A DNA stretch of 20,132 nt from Synechococcus sp. (GCA_051439425.1 JBFRWD010000028.1:1-20132), one strand, 5' to 3'; positions 8,208-18,357 are shown, numbered from the stretch's first letter. The notes: generated from the letters alone by a model not told the origin. Numbers and translations: made by a program.

Positions 8208-8516
8208 TTAGAGGTTGAGGCCGGGGTTTAAGTCACTGGCTGATAAATTTTGCAGAAGAGACCGGATGTGCATGCGAGGAATATACGGCCAGCTACCACT
8301 AGCCTCGATATCCTGCAGCAGCTTGTACAAGCGCTGACGGTTGTCTGGCAGCGAATCTTTAAACTGGCCATCGTGAATATCTCGATGGGTTTCCTCCAGC
8401 ACTCGTAGCAGTTGCAGCAGCTCTAAACAGTCTCCGTCACGCTCCCGCGCTGCTGTTGTAATGCGATCGACCAACTCTTGTAGATCGGGCGGCAGCTCGT
8501 CTTTAGAAAAATTCAT
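8208..8516 (-). CDS. Conserved cyanobacterial hypothetical protein
   Basis: LLRVLEETHRDI...SLPDNRQRLYKLLQDIEASGSWPYIPRM pattern that I recognise from cyanobacterial hypotheticals. GGAG SD before ATG 8516. Confidence 0.8.
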   Translation of the reverse strand: MNFSKDELPPDLQELVDRITTAARERDGDCLELLQLLRVLEETHRDIHDGQFKDSLPDNRQRLYKLLQDIEASGSWPYIPRMHIRSLLQNLSASDLNPGLNL

Positions 8517-8838
8517 ACATTCATCTCCCCACAAGGATGCGATCGCCGCAAGTTCGACACAATTCCCAAAGGCCCGCCATTGAGCTACCCAGCTCGCTTG
8601 AATCAATCATTTAGTTCTACCATCTTGGAGTTGGCTCCCCAACCAGCCCAAGTCGCTTGGACCAGCGATTGCGCCCGATGGTATGCAAATGTTAAGAGTA
8701 TGAGAGCCAGTTTCGGCAACCTTCGTTCGAACCATTCACATGCGAGCAGTTGATGGGTGGTGACACGGTTCTCAGCATTCCGATTGAAAACCGTCGGCAT
8801 CTTCGTCATTGAACCATCAGCATCCCAGTCGAGCATCT

Positions 8839-8847
8839 TGGTAGAAT
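8839..8847 (+). promoter_or_regulatory. Candidate extended -10 element for psbO
   Basis: TG-G-TAGAAT about 210 bp upstream of the psbO ATG. Motif match only. Confidence 0.35.
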
Positions 8848-9055
8848 TTCGTTCGAAGCACTTACTGAAGTTGCGTTTCGGTAGTCGGATTTGCCTGAGT
8901 GGATATCTCGTCAGCAGGTATCTTCACAACCCGTAGCGAGCATCGACGTTCCTCGTCGACTTATGCTTACTGCACTCGGTTGATTGAGGCACTTGCCCGT
9001 ACCAATTGCTCCTTTAGAAAATCGTTACTTTATGCACCGTTTAACGAGGTTCAAG

Positions 9056-9880
9056 ATGAGGTACCGCTCCCTGCTGGCGATGCTGCTAGCACTGTTTTTG
9101 GGCGTGACTGTGACTGCCTGCGGGGAAGCCCCTCAGCAGGATGGGCCACTCACTTACGATCAGGTTCACAACTCCGGTCTAGCTGCCCTTTGCCCCGAAG
9201 TATCCGACTTCGCTCGAGGCAAAATTGAGATAACTGCCGGTCAAACCCTGAAGCTGGACGACATCTGCATGCAGCCCGTTTCCATCGAGGTTGAAGAGGA
9301 GCGTCGTAATGGCGATAAAGAATTTGTGGGAACCAAAAACGTTACCCGCGACACCTACACCCTCGGCCCCGCTCAGGGATACATCACCTCTAGCGGTGAC
9401 TCACTTGAGTTTGGCGTCACCGATGGTATGACCTACCAAGCCACTACCGCTCAAATGCCTGGCCGCGAGCAGATTCCCATTCTGCTGAGTATCAAGCGCC
9501 TCAAGGCAACTTCTCCGTCTGTTGATGGCAGCATCAACTCCTCCATCGACTTCGAAGGCAACTACACCGTACAGGGCTATCGTGGCAGCACGTTCCTCGA
9601 TCCCAAAGGTCGCGGTAGCGAGACTGGTTACGCAATGGCGAACGGCCTACAGGCTGCTCAAGATGAATTCCCAGAGGGAACCTTCAAAACTGACGAATTT
9701 ACCAAGGGTGATGTATCCATTCAAATCGCTCGTGTCGATCCCGAGACTGGCGAAATTGGCGGTAATTTCATCAGCTACCAGATGTCCAGTGACGAGCAAG
9801 GCACTTTGGAAGCCCACCTGGTTCGCGTTCAAGGTATCTTCTACGCTCGCGTAGCCGGCGAATCGTCTGTTATTGATTAG
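9056..9880 (+). CDS. psbO: Photosystem II manganese-stabilizing protein (divergent)
   Basis: MRYRSLL signal peptide, LTYDQV..GLA..CP, TR.TYTL, YRGSTFLDPKGRG, TGEIGGNF and QGIFYAR. GAGG SD at 9046-9049 supports ATG 9056. Confidence 0.95.
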   Translation: MRYRSLLAMLLALFLGVTVTACGEAPQQDGPLTYDQVHNSGLAALCPEVSDFARGKIEITAGQTLKLDDICMQPVSIEVEEERRNGDKEFVGTKNVTRDTYTLGPAQGYITSSGDSLEFGVTDGMTYQATTAQMPGREQIPILLSIKRLKATSPSVDGSINSSIDFEGNYTVQGYRGSTFLDPKGRGSETGYAMANGLQAAQDEFPEGTFKTDEFTKGDVSIQIARVDPETGEIGGNFISYQMSSDEQGTLEAHLVRVQGIFYARVAGESSVID

Positions 9881-9912
9881 TTTCGCTGCTGTCAGCCGAA
9901 TACTACTGTTAT

Positions 9913-9946
9913 AGGAGCTGGGGTCTATAGACCTTGGCTCCTTTTT
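9913..9946 (+). terminator. Intrinsic terminator after psbO
   Basis: AGGAGCTGGGGTC-TATA-GACCTTGGCTCCT-TTTT: 13-bp stem with three G-U pairs. Confidence 0.75.
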
Positions 9947-9966
9947 ATATTTCAGAATTCTTTCGT

Positions 9967-10797
9967 ATGAGCGGACTTGGCACAGTTGGGTATCTCGGTC
10001 CTGCAGGCACATTCACCGAAGCCGCAGCCCTCAGTTTCCAGCCAAACGAAGGGCTGTTGGTACCGTATACCAGCAACCAAGCTACCCTCCAAGCCGTTGC
10101 CGATGGAGAGGTGGCTTGGGGGGTTGTACCAGTTGAAAACTCCGTGCAGGGTGCTGTGACTGCCACGCTCGATATGCTCTGGCAATTGGATGGACTGCAC
10201 ATCCACCAAGCAGAAATCCTACCCATTCGCCATTACTTGATGGGGTTTGCTAGCTCTCTTGAAGACATCGACGTCGTTTATGCCCACCCTCAGGCACTAG
10301 CCCAGTGCCAGTTGTGGCTCAACCAGCACCTTCCTCACGTCAAAACCATTCCAGCGGCGTCTAACACCAGCGAACTAAGCAGCTTGAAGCGCCAATCAAC
10401 TGCTGCAGCTATTGCCTCCAAACGCGCAGCTTCTGTCTACAATCTGCCACTGCTAGCCAGCTCGATTAACGATTTCGATTCCAACAGCACTCAGTTTTGG
10501 GTGGTTAGTCGTGCTCCTTCCCCTGGGGGGCCTTACACCTCATTCGCATTCAGCGTTAAGGCCAATATCCCTGGTGCTCTGTTACAACCCCTGATGGTGT
10601 TGGCTGCTGCCAATATCAACATGCGCCGCATCGAGTCGCGCCCCACAAAACTAGAAATTGGTGATTATGTCTTTTTTATTGATGTAGAACACCAAGATAG
10701 AGAGAACTTTCCGGATAGCGTGCGCCATTTACTGGGAGAGATTACGGCGAGCATCAAGGTATTTGGCAGTTATCCCTTTAAAATCTGCAGTGATTGA
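9967..10797 (+). CDS. pheA: Prephenate dehydratase
   Basis: GYLGPAGTFTE, VVPVENSVQG, HPQALAQC, NSTQFWVV, and an ACT domain with IESRP and YVFFID. ATG 9967 chosen. Confidence 0.95.
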   Translation: MSGLGTVGYLGPAGTFTEAAALSFQPNEGLLVPYTSNQATLQAVADGEVAWGVVPVENSVQGAVTATLDMLWQLDGLHIHQAEILPIRHYLMGFASSLEDIDVVYAHPQALAQCQLWLNQHLPHVKTIPAASNTSELSSLKRQSTAAAIASKRAASVYNLPLLASSINDFDSNSTQFWVVSRAPSPGGPYTSFAFSVKANIPGALLQPLMVLAAANINMRRIESRPTKLEIGDYVFFIDVEHQDRENFPDSVRHLLGEITASIKVFGSYPFKICSD

Positions 10798-11101
10798 GGC
10801 TGGAGTAACTAAGGCCTAAGTCATTAAGGCTGGCGGCGAGCACACAACGTCTAGACACAGACAACTCAGAACGGCACTGTCCGAAAAATCCACTCGAGCA
10901 CAGCTACTGTTAAGCAACAGAGCGCAACGATACTTCCTAGTCATAAACAGCCGACAGGCATTTGCTGGCCTGTGACGCCGATGTTTGCACTTACAGGGAC
11001 TGTAAAACATGCTCGCTTTCGCGTCTCAAAATGCGACAATCCATAACCGTTAAGGGTTTGAAAAACCCAGAGTTCCTCCCCTCTGCGTAAGAATTTCCCC
11101 C

Positions 11102-11107
11102 TATAAT
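11102..11107 (+). promoter_or_regulatory. Probable -10 box of the ndhH operon
   Basis: Perfect TATAAT 41 bp upstream of the ATG, with SD AGGAGA at 11135-11140. Confidence 0.6.
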
Positions 11108-11148
11108 GTCCATGACAACAACCGTTGCAGACGCAGGAGACGGCTAAA

Positions 11149-12330
11149 ATGCCGATGATCGAGACCAAAGCGGATCGGATGGTGCTCAATTTTGGGCCTC
11201 ATCATCCCTCCATGCACGGTGTCTTGCGATTGCTGGTCACTCTCGACGGAGAGAACGTTGTCGATTGCGAACCGGTGCTGGGGTATCTGCACCGCTCGAT
11301 GGAAAAGATCGCCGAGAATCGGACGATTGTTCAGTATTTACCATACGTAACTCGCTGGGACTATCTGGCCACAATGTTCACCGAAGCCATTACGGTGAAT
11401 GCTCCCGAGCAGTTGGCAGATGTCAAAGTACCCCGACGCGCGCAATACATCCGCGTCATCATGCTGGAGCTGAGTCGTATCGCCTCCCACCTGTTGTGGC
11501 TGGGAACATTTGTTGCCGATATTGGTGCCCAAACCCCTTTCTTTTATGTCTTCCGCGAACGGGAGATGATTTACGACTTATTCGAAGCTGCCACTGGCAT
11601 GCGGATGATGCACAATTATTTCCGCATTGGTGGTGTTGCAGCCGATTTGCCTTACGGCTGGGTGGCCAAATGCCGCGACTTCTGCGATTACTTGCTACCC
11701 AAAATTGATGAGTACGAGCGACTGCTCTCCAAGAACCCCATTCTGCGCAACCGCACTGAAGGGGTGGGTACGGTTACCCGCGACGATGCTATCAATTGGG
11801 GATTATCCGGCCCCATGCTGCGTGCCTCTGGTGTCAATTGGGACTTACGCAAGGTTGACCACTACGAGTGCTACGACGATTTCGACTGGGAAGTCCAGAC
11901 CGAGACTGCTGGTGACTGTTTGGCTCGCTACTTTGTGCGGGTGCGCGAAATGCGCGAGTCCGTGAAGATTATTCGCCAAGCAATGGACGGCCTCCCTGGC
12001 GGCCCGTTTGAGAATCTAGAAGCCCAACGGATGGCAGGTGGCCCGAAGTCCGAATGGAATGACTTTGACTATCAGTTCATCGGCAAAAAGTCTTCTCCCA
12101 TGTTCAAGGTGCCGGAGAAGGAACATTACGTCCGCGTAGAGGCACCAAAGGGTGAGTTGGGTGTCTATCTGGTGGGGGATGGCAATGTGTTCCCCTGGCG
12201 GTTTAAGATTCGTCCGCCGGGCTTTATCAACCTGCAGGTGTTGCCCGAGCTGGTACGCGGCATGAAATTGGCCGACATCATGGCCATTCTCGGTAGTGTG
12301 GACATCATCATGGGTGAGGTCGATCGCTAA
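11149..12330 (+). CDS. ndhH: NAD(P)H-quinone oxidoreductase (NDH-1) subunit H
   Basis: [39 protein letters not shown] and C-terminal DIIMGEVDR. Confidence 0.98.
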   Translation: MPMIETKADRMVLNFGPHHPSMHGVLRLLVTLDGENVVDCEPVLGYLHRSMEKIAENRTIVQYLPYVTRWDYLATMFTEAITVNAPEQLADVKVPRRAQYIRVIMLELSRIASHLLWLGTFVADIGAQTPFFYVFREREMIYDLFEAATGMRMMHNYFRIGGVAADLPYGWVAKCRDFCDYLLPKIDEYERLLSKNPILRNRTEGVGTVTRDDAINWGLSGPMLRASGVNWDLRKVDHYECYDDFDWEVQTETAGDCLARYFVRVREMRESVKIIRQAMDGLPGGPFENLEAQRMAGGPKSEWNDFDYQFIGKKSSPMFKVPEKEHYVRVEAPKGELGVYLVGDGNVFPWRFKIRPPGFINLQVLPELVRGMKLADIMAILGSVDIIMGEVDR

Positions 12331-12412
12331 CGTCGATCGCCACCATTTTTTTCTGGCGTGCAATTAGGCACTGCATTGATTGACTCGAACAGATTTGCGA
12401 GTATTCGACAGT

Positions 12413-13531
12413 ATGGAAACCGGTCTGGATTTACAGCGCAGTTTTATAGAGGCTCTGGTGGGTTGGGGAGTCCGCCCCGATGTCGCTTCGGCTCTCTGGC
12501 TTCCCTTGCCAATGCTGGTGCTGATTGTCGGTGTCACAGTAGGTGTGATGGTGCTGACTTGGCTGGAGCGGAAAATTTCTGCGGCAGCCCAACAACGTAC
12601 CGGTCCCACTCTGGCTGGCCCACAGGGATTGTTGATACCGCTAGCGGACGGTCTGAAGCTGCTCACGAAGGAAGATGTGACGCCTGCAGATGCCGATCCG
12701 TTATTGTTCACTCTGGGTCCGGTGCTGGTCTTTCTGCCGGTCTTTTTCTCGTATCTAGTGATCCCGTTCGGTCAGAATATGCTGCTGACGGATCTGACCA
12801 TTGGCGTGTTCATGGTGATTGCTGTATCCAGCATCCAACCGATTGGACTGCTGATGGCAGGGTACGGGTCCAATAATAAGTACTCGCTGCTGGGAGGCTT
12901 GCGGGCGGCAGCTCAGTCGATTAGCTACGAACTGCCTTTGGCGCTGTCCGTGTTGGCGATCGCCATGATGAGCAATGGCCTCGGCACCCTCGATATTGTC
13001 GGCCAGCAGGAAGGCTACGGCATTCTCTCCTGGAATGTCTGGCGTCAGCCCATTGGCTTTGTCATTTTCCTGATCTCTGCACTGGCAGAGTGCGAACGCC
13101 TGCCATTTGACTTGCCCGAAGCAGAGGAAGAACTGGTTGCAGGTTACCAAACCGAATACTCGGCCATGAAGTTTGCCCTCTTCTACCTGGGGTCTTACGC
13201 CAACCTGCTGCTGGCAGCTCTGTTGGCGACCGTTTTGTACATGGGTGGCTGGTCGTTCATTGTCCCAGTAGATATGCTGGCTGACTTGCTGGGTGTGTCC
13301 ATCTACAATCCGGTGTTCCAGGTGATTGCGGGTGCTCTAGGCATCTTCATGACGCTATTCAAAGCATTCCTGTTTATCTTCTTAGCCATCATCATTCGTT
13401 GGACGCTACCACGGGTACGAATCGACCAACTGTTGGATTTGGGCTGGAAATTCTTACTGCCAATTTCCCTAGTGAACTTGCTGCTAACCGCAGCCTTTAA
13501 GCTCGCTCTGCCTTCTTTCTTTGGTGGATAG
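12413..13531 (+). CDS. ndhA: NDH-1 subunit A (NuoH homolog)
   Basis: [56 protein letters not shown] and [12 protein letters not shown] 12413. Confidence 0.98.
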   Translation: METGLDLQRSFIEALVGWGVRPDVASALWLPLPMLVLIVGVTVGVMVLTWLERKISAAAQQRTGPTLAGPQGLLIPLADGLKLLTKEDVTPADADPLLFTLGPVLVFLPVFFSYLVIPFGQNMLLTDLTIGVFMVIAVSSIQPIGLLMAGYGSNNKYSLLGGLRAAAQSISYELPLALSVLAIAMMSNGLGTLDIVGQQEGYGILSWNVWRQPIGFVIFLISALAECERLPFDLPEAEEELVAGYQTEYSAMKFALFYLGSYANLLLAALLATVLYMGGWSFIVPVDMLADLLGVSIYNPVFQVIAGALGIFMTLFKAFLFIFLAIIIRWTLPRVRIDQLLDLGWKFLLPISLVNLLLTAAFKLALPSFFGG

Positions 13532-13622
13532 ACATTGGGCGGTGCCCGCCCATCTTTCGCTGATGATTGACGCTTGTACGAATCGTAAAACTCGCACGGA
13601 TCGCTAGAGAGGATGCAATGCA

Positions 13623-14246
13623 ATGAAGTTTTTGAATAAAGTCGGTGGTTACGCGAGTGACGTTTGGCAATCAGCAAAGGCGATCGGTCAGGGGCTAACG
13701 GTGGTGTTCGACCACATGAACCGCCGTCCCATCACCGTTCAGTACCCCTACGAGAAGTTAATTCCCTCCGAACGTTTTCGGGGGCGGATTCACTTTGAGT
13801 TTGACAAGTGCATCTCGTGCGAAGTGTGCGTCCGGGTTTGTCCGATCAACCTGCCAGTTGTGGACTACGCCTTCGATCCCAAGTTGAAGAAGAAGGCGCT
13901 GTATAGCTACAGCATTGACTTTGGGGTTTGTATTTTCTGTGGCAACTGCGTTGAGTTTTGTCCGACCAACGCGTTGTCTATGACTGAAGAGTACGATTTA
14001 TCCTCTTACGATCGCCACGAACTGAATTACAACCAGGTGGCTCTGGGCCGCTTGCCTTACAAAGCGACCGAAGACCCAATGGTGACTCCCTTGCGGGAGC
14101 TGGCGTACCTACCTGAAGGTGTCATGGAGCCCCACGATTTGAAACCCGGTGCTCAACGAGCGGGTAAGCGTCCGCAAGATATTCTTGAAGAGCTGCGTGC
14201 GGCCAAAGCAGAAGCTACAGCAGCCTCTGCGGACCCAGCCGAGTAA
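13623..14246 (+). CDS. ndhI: NDH-1 subunit I (2x[4Fe-4S])
   Basis: [27 protein letters not shown] and [12 protein letters not shown]. Confidence 0.98.
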   Translation: MKFLNKVGGYASDVWQSAKAIGQGLTVVFDHMNRRPITVQYPYEKLIPSERFRGRIHFEFDKCISCEVCVRVCPINLPVVDYAFDPKLKKKALYSYSIDFGVCIFCGNCVEFCPTNALSMTEEYDLSSYDRHELNYNQVALGRLPYKATEDPMVTPLRELAYLPEGVMEPHDLKPGAQRAGKRPQDILEELRAAKAEATAASADPAE

Positions 14247-14319
14247 AAAAACACCTCGGCAAGCTTTACAGGTTACCGCTGCTGGTACATTATCGCTACT
14301 GGAATAGAGGAGAACGTTC

Positions 14320-14925
14320 GTGCAGTTATCGGAAGGAGTTCAACTGGTTAGCTTTGGCATCTTGTCTGCCATGGCGATCGGCTTTGCCCTCGGGGTGGTA
14401 TTGCTGCCGAGCATTGTCTACGCCGCCTTTATGCTAGGTGGTGTGTTTATGAGCATGGCGGGTCTCTACCTGCTGCTGAATGCGGACTTTGTAGCTGCTG
14501 CCCAGGTACTGATTTATGTTGGGGCCGTCAATGTTCTGATTCTGTTTGCCATCATGTTGGTCAACCGCAAGCAGGAATTCGAGCCACTCAAGCTGGGCTG
14601 GTTGCGCAACGGATTGACAGCGGCTGTCTGCGGTGGTGTTGTGTATTTGCTCAGCTCCGTGGCATTCGGTACCGAATGGGCTCTGAAGCCGGTCGAGCAA
14701 ATCAGCAGCGTTGTCGTGATCGGTGGCCAGTTCTTCTCCAATTACCTGCTGCCATTTGAGGTTGCTTCGATTCTGTTGCTGATGGCTCTAATTGGGGCGA
14801 TTGTCATTGCTCGTCGCGAGTTCATTGCTGAGCTGCCAGACCAACCCGAAGATGTCGAGTTCGCTCTGTTAGAACGCCCTCGCCCCACCATTTCTTCCGT
14901 TACGTCTTTGTCTGAAGGTGAATAG
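14320..14925 (+). CDS. ndhG: NDH-1 subunit G (NuoJ homolog)
   Basis: LNADFVAAAQVLIYVGAVNVLILFAIML and YLLPFEVAS. GTG start with GAGGAG SD. Confidence 0.97.
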   Translation: MQLSEGVQLVSFGILSAMAIGFALGVVLLPSIVYAAFMLGGVFMSMAGLYLLLNADFVAAAQVLIYVGAVNVLILFAIMLVNRKQEFEPLKLGWLRNGLTAAVCGGVVYLLSSVAFGTEWALKPVEQISSVVVIGGQFFSNYLLPFEVASILLLMALIGAIVIARREFIAELPDQPEDVEFALLERPRPTISSVTSLSEGE

Positions 14926-14931
14926 TCCGAG

Positions 14932-15240
14932 ATGCTAGAACTTGATTTTTTCCTGACGGTTGCAGCCATCCTGTTTGGCATTGGCATCTACGGCGTCGTC
15001 ACCAGTCGTAACGTGGTTCGCGTTTTAATGTCGATCGAACTCCTGTTGAATGCCGTCAACTTGAATTTCATTGCCTTTTCAAACTTCCTCGATTCGGGCA
15101 GTATTCGCGGTCAAGTCTTCTCTGTTTTTGTGATTACGGTTGCTGCGGCAGAAGCTGCTGTTGGACTTGCCATCGTTCTCTCGATTTACCGAAATCGTTC
15201 CACCATTGATATGGAAAGCTTCAATCTCCTCAAGTGGTAA
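14932..15240 (+). CDS. ndhE: NDH-1 subunit E (NuoK homolog)
   Basis: [32 protein letters not shown] and FNLLKW. Confidence 0.98.
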   Translation: MLELDFFLTVAAILFGIGIYGVVTSRNVVRVLMSIELLLNAVNLNFIAFSNFLDSGSIRGQVFSVFVITVAAAEAAVGLAIVLSIYRNRSTIDMESFNLLKW

Positions 15241-15294
15241 GCGATTGCGCTGGCAATATAAGTTGTTTTGACTTGAGATTCATCTGAAAACTAT

Positions 15295-15326
15295 AGAAGA
15301 TTGCGTTCGGCAATCTTCTTTTTTTT
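15295..15326 (+). terminator. Intrinsic terminator of the ndh operon
   Basis: AGAAGATTGC-GTTCG-GCAATCTTCT followed by a T run. Confidence 0.9.
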
Positions 15327-15640
15327 ATGTATATCAACCTGAATTTAATCGCCCTTAACCTTAACCCTTCTTCCAATGTGGGAGCAGGGAGCAAGAGATT
15401 CTAGCCCTATTAGGTTCGTTGTGCTGCGAGGTAAATATTCAGCTCGAATGGCTCCATCGAACTGACGTTACCTAAGGTTGAATTCTTGTATGTAGCGGAA
15501 AATGTTGGATTCGAAAAAACTAGAGTTTAGAAGATTGCTTTATTTGCCTAATAGATATTCCAAATAACTATAGAAAGCGGCCTCAATCTATTTCTGAAGA
15601 CAGCTCCAGTATGAAATAAATCCTGAACCATCATAAATAT

Positions 15641-16858
15641 TTAAAGTACAAAGTCGTTTGAATTTAAGCTATTAACCAGGCTGCCCGAACTAAATACTAC
15701 TTGGATAGCCATATCTGGCGTGATGGCATTTGTTGTTTTAACAAATACAAAATCATCGTCAACCCGAACTTGACCAACGCCAGTAAATTGATTGCTACCA
15801 ATAAAGTCTAATCTCCCATCGTAAACTCGCGAGAGATCGATTTTCTCTGTCACAGAAGTGCCTGACTTACTAAAGTCTTGAATCACATCAAAACCGTTGA
15901 AGGGGGAATCAGAAGTGTTGAGGTATCGAAAGCGATCGAAGCCAAACCCACCGTAAAGAAAATCAATACCTGAGCCACCCGTCAGAACGTCTCTGTCGTT
16001 TCCTCCGTAAAGGGTATCGAATCCCTCTCCCCCGATCAGCTCGTCATTCCCATCATCTCCGTATAGTTCATCGTTTCCGTTTTCGCCAGCAATAAAGTCA
16101 ATGCCACCCCCACCAAAAATAGTGTCACTTCCGTTACCACCAAACCCGAAGTCATCACCTTGGTCGCCTAAATTTCCACTGGAATCGAGAAAAACAGTAT
16201 CGTTCCCGCCCAGGGCAAACACAATATCGTTACCGGACAGGGTCAAAATCTCGTTGTTGCCTCTGTTGCCAATAATTTGATTGTCCAGCTCGTTACCGGT
16301 CGCATCGAGATTACTTCTACCGGTCAGTGTCAAATTCTCGACATTGTTACCCAACGTCCAATCAACCGAGCTATTCACTAAATCGGTGCCGCCATTGCGT
16401 GGCTCAAGCACGCTGTCTAACGGATTATCGACAACGTAGGTATCGCTGCCGGCCCCCCCTGACATTTGATCCGCACCAGAGCCGCCATCCAGATAATCTC
16501 GACCATTTCTACCCAAAATGGAGTCATTTCTAAAGCCACCGTAGAGAAAATCGTCTCCACTTCCACCATCGACAGTATCTCTACTGCGCCCCCCGCGAAT
16601 GGTGTCGTTACCTGCGTCACCGAAAAGCCGATCGTTGCCACGGTTGCCGTAAATGGTGTCTGCACCATCTCTGCCGTACACGATATCGTCACCGCGATCG
16701 GCAATGATGATGTCGTTGCCTGTCGACGCAAAAACTGAATCACTCCCTCTCAAAGCCGTATCCCATTCGGACATGGGGAAGACGGGGAAGGTTCTCCATC
16801 CAACTAGAAAGCCAGGTCTTAACAGAACGCCGCGTTCAACGGCGACAAAAGTTGCCAT
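15641..16858 (-). CDS. RTX (hemolysin-type) calcium-binding repeat protein with serralysin-like C-terminal cap
   Basis: Many GGxGxDxL nonapeptides, a DTYVVDN...NVENLTLTG spacer, and C-terminal DVIQDF...KIDLS...FIG...NDFVL. No Sec signal peptide or catalytic motif seen. Confidence 0.9.
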   Translation of the reverse strand: MATFVAVERGVLLRPGFLVGWRTFPVFPMSEWDTALRGSDSVFASTGNDIIIADRGDDIVYGRDGADTIYGNRGNDRLFGDAGNDTIRGGRSRDTVDGGSGDDFLYGGFRNDSILGRNGRDYLDGGSGADQMSGGAGSDTYVVDNPLDSVLEPRNGGTDLVNSSVDWTLGNNVENLTLTGRSNLDATGNELDNQIIGNRGNNEILTLSGNDIVFALGGNDTVFLDSSGNLGDQGDDFGFGGNGSDTIFGGGGIDFIAGENGNDELYGDDGNDELIGGEGFDTLYGGNDRDVLTGGSGIDFLYGGFGFDRFRYLNTSDSPFNGFDVIQDFSKSGTSVTEKIDLSRVYDGRLDFIGSNQFTGVGQVRVDDDFVFVKTTNAITPDMAIQVVFSSGSLVNSLNSNDFVL

Positions 16859-17273
16859 TGTTAAACTATTCCTCTAGCAATACTGCCGACGATTGCATGC
16901 TATTTTCCTGATTTGATTCCTAACTTCTCTAGCAAGAATTATTTACAAAGCCAGTATTAGGACATAGAAATTACCAGAAGGCATCAAATGGCCTCTAACA
17001 GCCACGTGATTCTGTCAAAAGTAGATCGTAAGAACCAGAAACCAGTTATCGTCATCTGCTAAATCATAAATATCTCACTATGCATACAACAATTTACTGC
17101 ATCTATTCACAAGAAATAGTGGATACCTTAAAAATTATCGATTTTCCAAAGTGGGTAGACCGAGTTAGGCGTTTTAGCTGTCAATATTGAGGAGTCAATA
17201 AAATATTAAACTGGCTGCCCTAACCTTGGATTGTAAAAAACGGACATTTAAAAAAAATAAACAGGCAAGTGAC

Positions 17274-18143
17274 ATGGATCCCAATACTTATCAGATTGTC
17301 GAGCCTATCGCGGAACTTCGTCCCTATATCCGCAGGCTGCTTGTTGCAGATAGTCCTGTAGCCGTCGACCGAATTGTTCGACCTGCCCCCACCGGATACA
17401 ACTACTTAGGTTGGATATTTGCGGGAACCAGTGCGGCAACCGTTAACGAGCAATGTCAATATCTCTCGTCACCCGAAAGGTTTCATTTCTCCGGTCAAAT
17501 TCAATACCAAGACATTGCCGTTCACCACACTGGCCGACTGGGTCACATTCTTGCTGAATGCACCGCAACGGGATTTTACGAGCTGACCGGGATTCCTGGA
17601 GAACGAATTCTCGCTACCAGTGGACATCTTGACGAAGTTGACCCCGAACTAGCAGCACCGATCGATCGCGTGCTTGCAACGTTCGCCAATCCTGACGATT
17701 CTGGCGATCGCATCACTCACCGACTCAAAATCTTTCAGCAACAATTACGCATTCTAGTCAACAATGCATCGAGCGTGCCCGATTATATTTCAGAAACAGT
17801 TAACGCAATTGAAAATGCAGATGGTTGCCTAAAAGTCTCGGATGTATTTCAGGCCTTACCAGCATCCGCTCGCCAAATCAGACGCAAGTTCAAAGAAATT
17901 GTTGGAGTTTCTCCGAAATACTTTGCTAAGGTTCTACAAATTAACAAGGCACTACTTGCTTTGTACATGAAAGACGAAGTGACATTGTCCGCTCTCGCTC
18001 AAGAGGCGGGATTTTACGATCAAGCCCACTTTGTTCATGCCATGCAGCAATTTTTTACAACTAGCCCAAGGGACTTCTTAGAAAGTAGCGAGCCACTGCT
18101 CTCTACGTTTCTCGGACAATCGCGCAGGAATTTGACAAACTAA
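17274..18143 (+). CDS. AraC-family transcriptional regulator
   Basis: C-terminal double HTH (SARQIRRKFKEIVGVSPKYFAKV; LAQEAGFYDQAHF) and N-terminal PIAELRPYI. ATG 17274 preferred over TTG 17226. Confidence 0.9.
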   Translation: MDPNTYQIVEPIAELRPYIRRLLVADSPVAVDRIVRPAPTGYNYLGWIFAGTSAATVNEQCQYLSSPERFHFSGQIQYQDIAVHHTGRLGHILAECTATGFYELTGIPGERILATSGHLDEVDPELAAPIDRVLATFANPDDSGDRITHRLKIFQQQLRILVNNASSVPDYISETVNAIENADGCLKVSDVFQALPASARQIRRKFKEIVGVSPKYFAKVLQINKALLALYMKDEVTLSALAQEAGFYDQAHFVHAMQQFFTTSPRDFLESSEPLLSTFLGQSRRNLTN

Positions 18144-18357
18144 GTAATGAACGTCAAAAGAAGCACTACATATCTGAATCAACTTTAGATTTGACCGAGT
18201 AAGAGAAATCTTCCCATGGGAAATACCGCTCATTATCTTTTCTAGATGAATTAATTTGAGAGCGGAATCGCAAAACATATTTATGTCCCTATTAATTTAC
18301 TCTTAATCATTCTTTTCTTGTCCGGCGATTGTTCGGCGTGATTCAATGACCCATCGG

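Noticed and set aside
8603..8836. 77-aa minus ORF in the psbO upstream region
   Set aside because: No SD or motifs. The region is adequately explained as a divergent promoter and long 5' UTR.
13536..14260. Short hairpins after ndhA (13536-13552) and at the end of ndhI (14238-14260)
   Set aside because: Stems of 6-7 bp without good U tracts. At most ordinary mRNA stability elements.
15289..15575. Recurrence of AACTATAGAA and TAGAAGATTGC as attachment sites
   Set aside because: Only 10-11 bp in AT-rich DNA, in swapped order, not bracketing any gene, with no integrase nearby.
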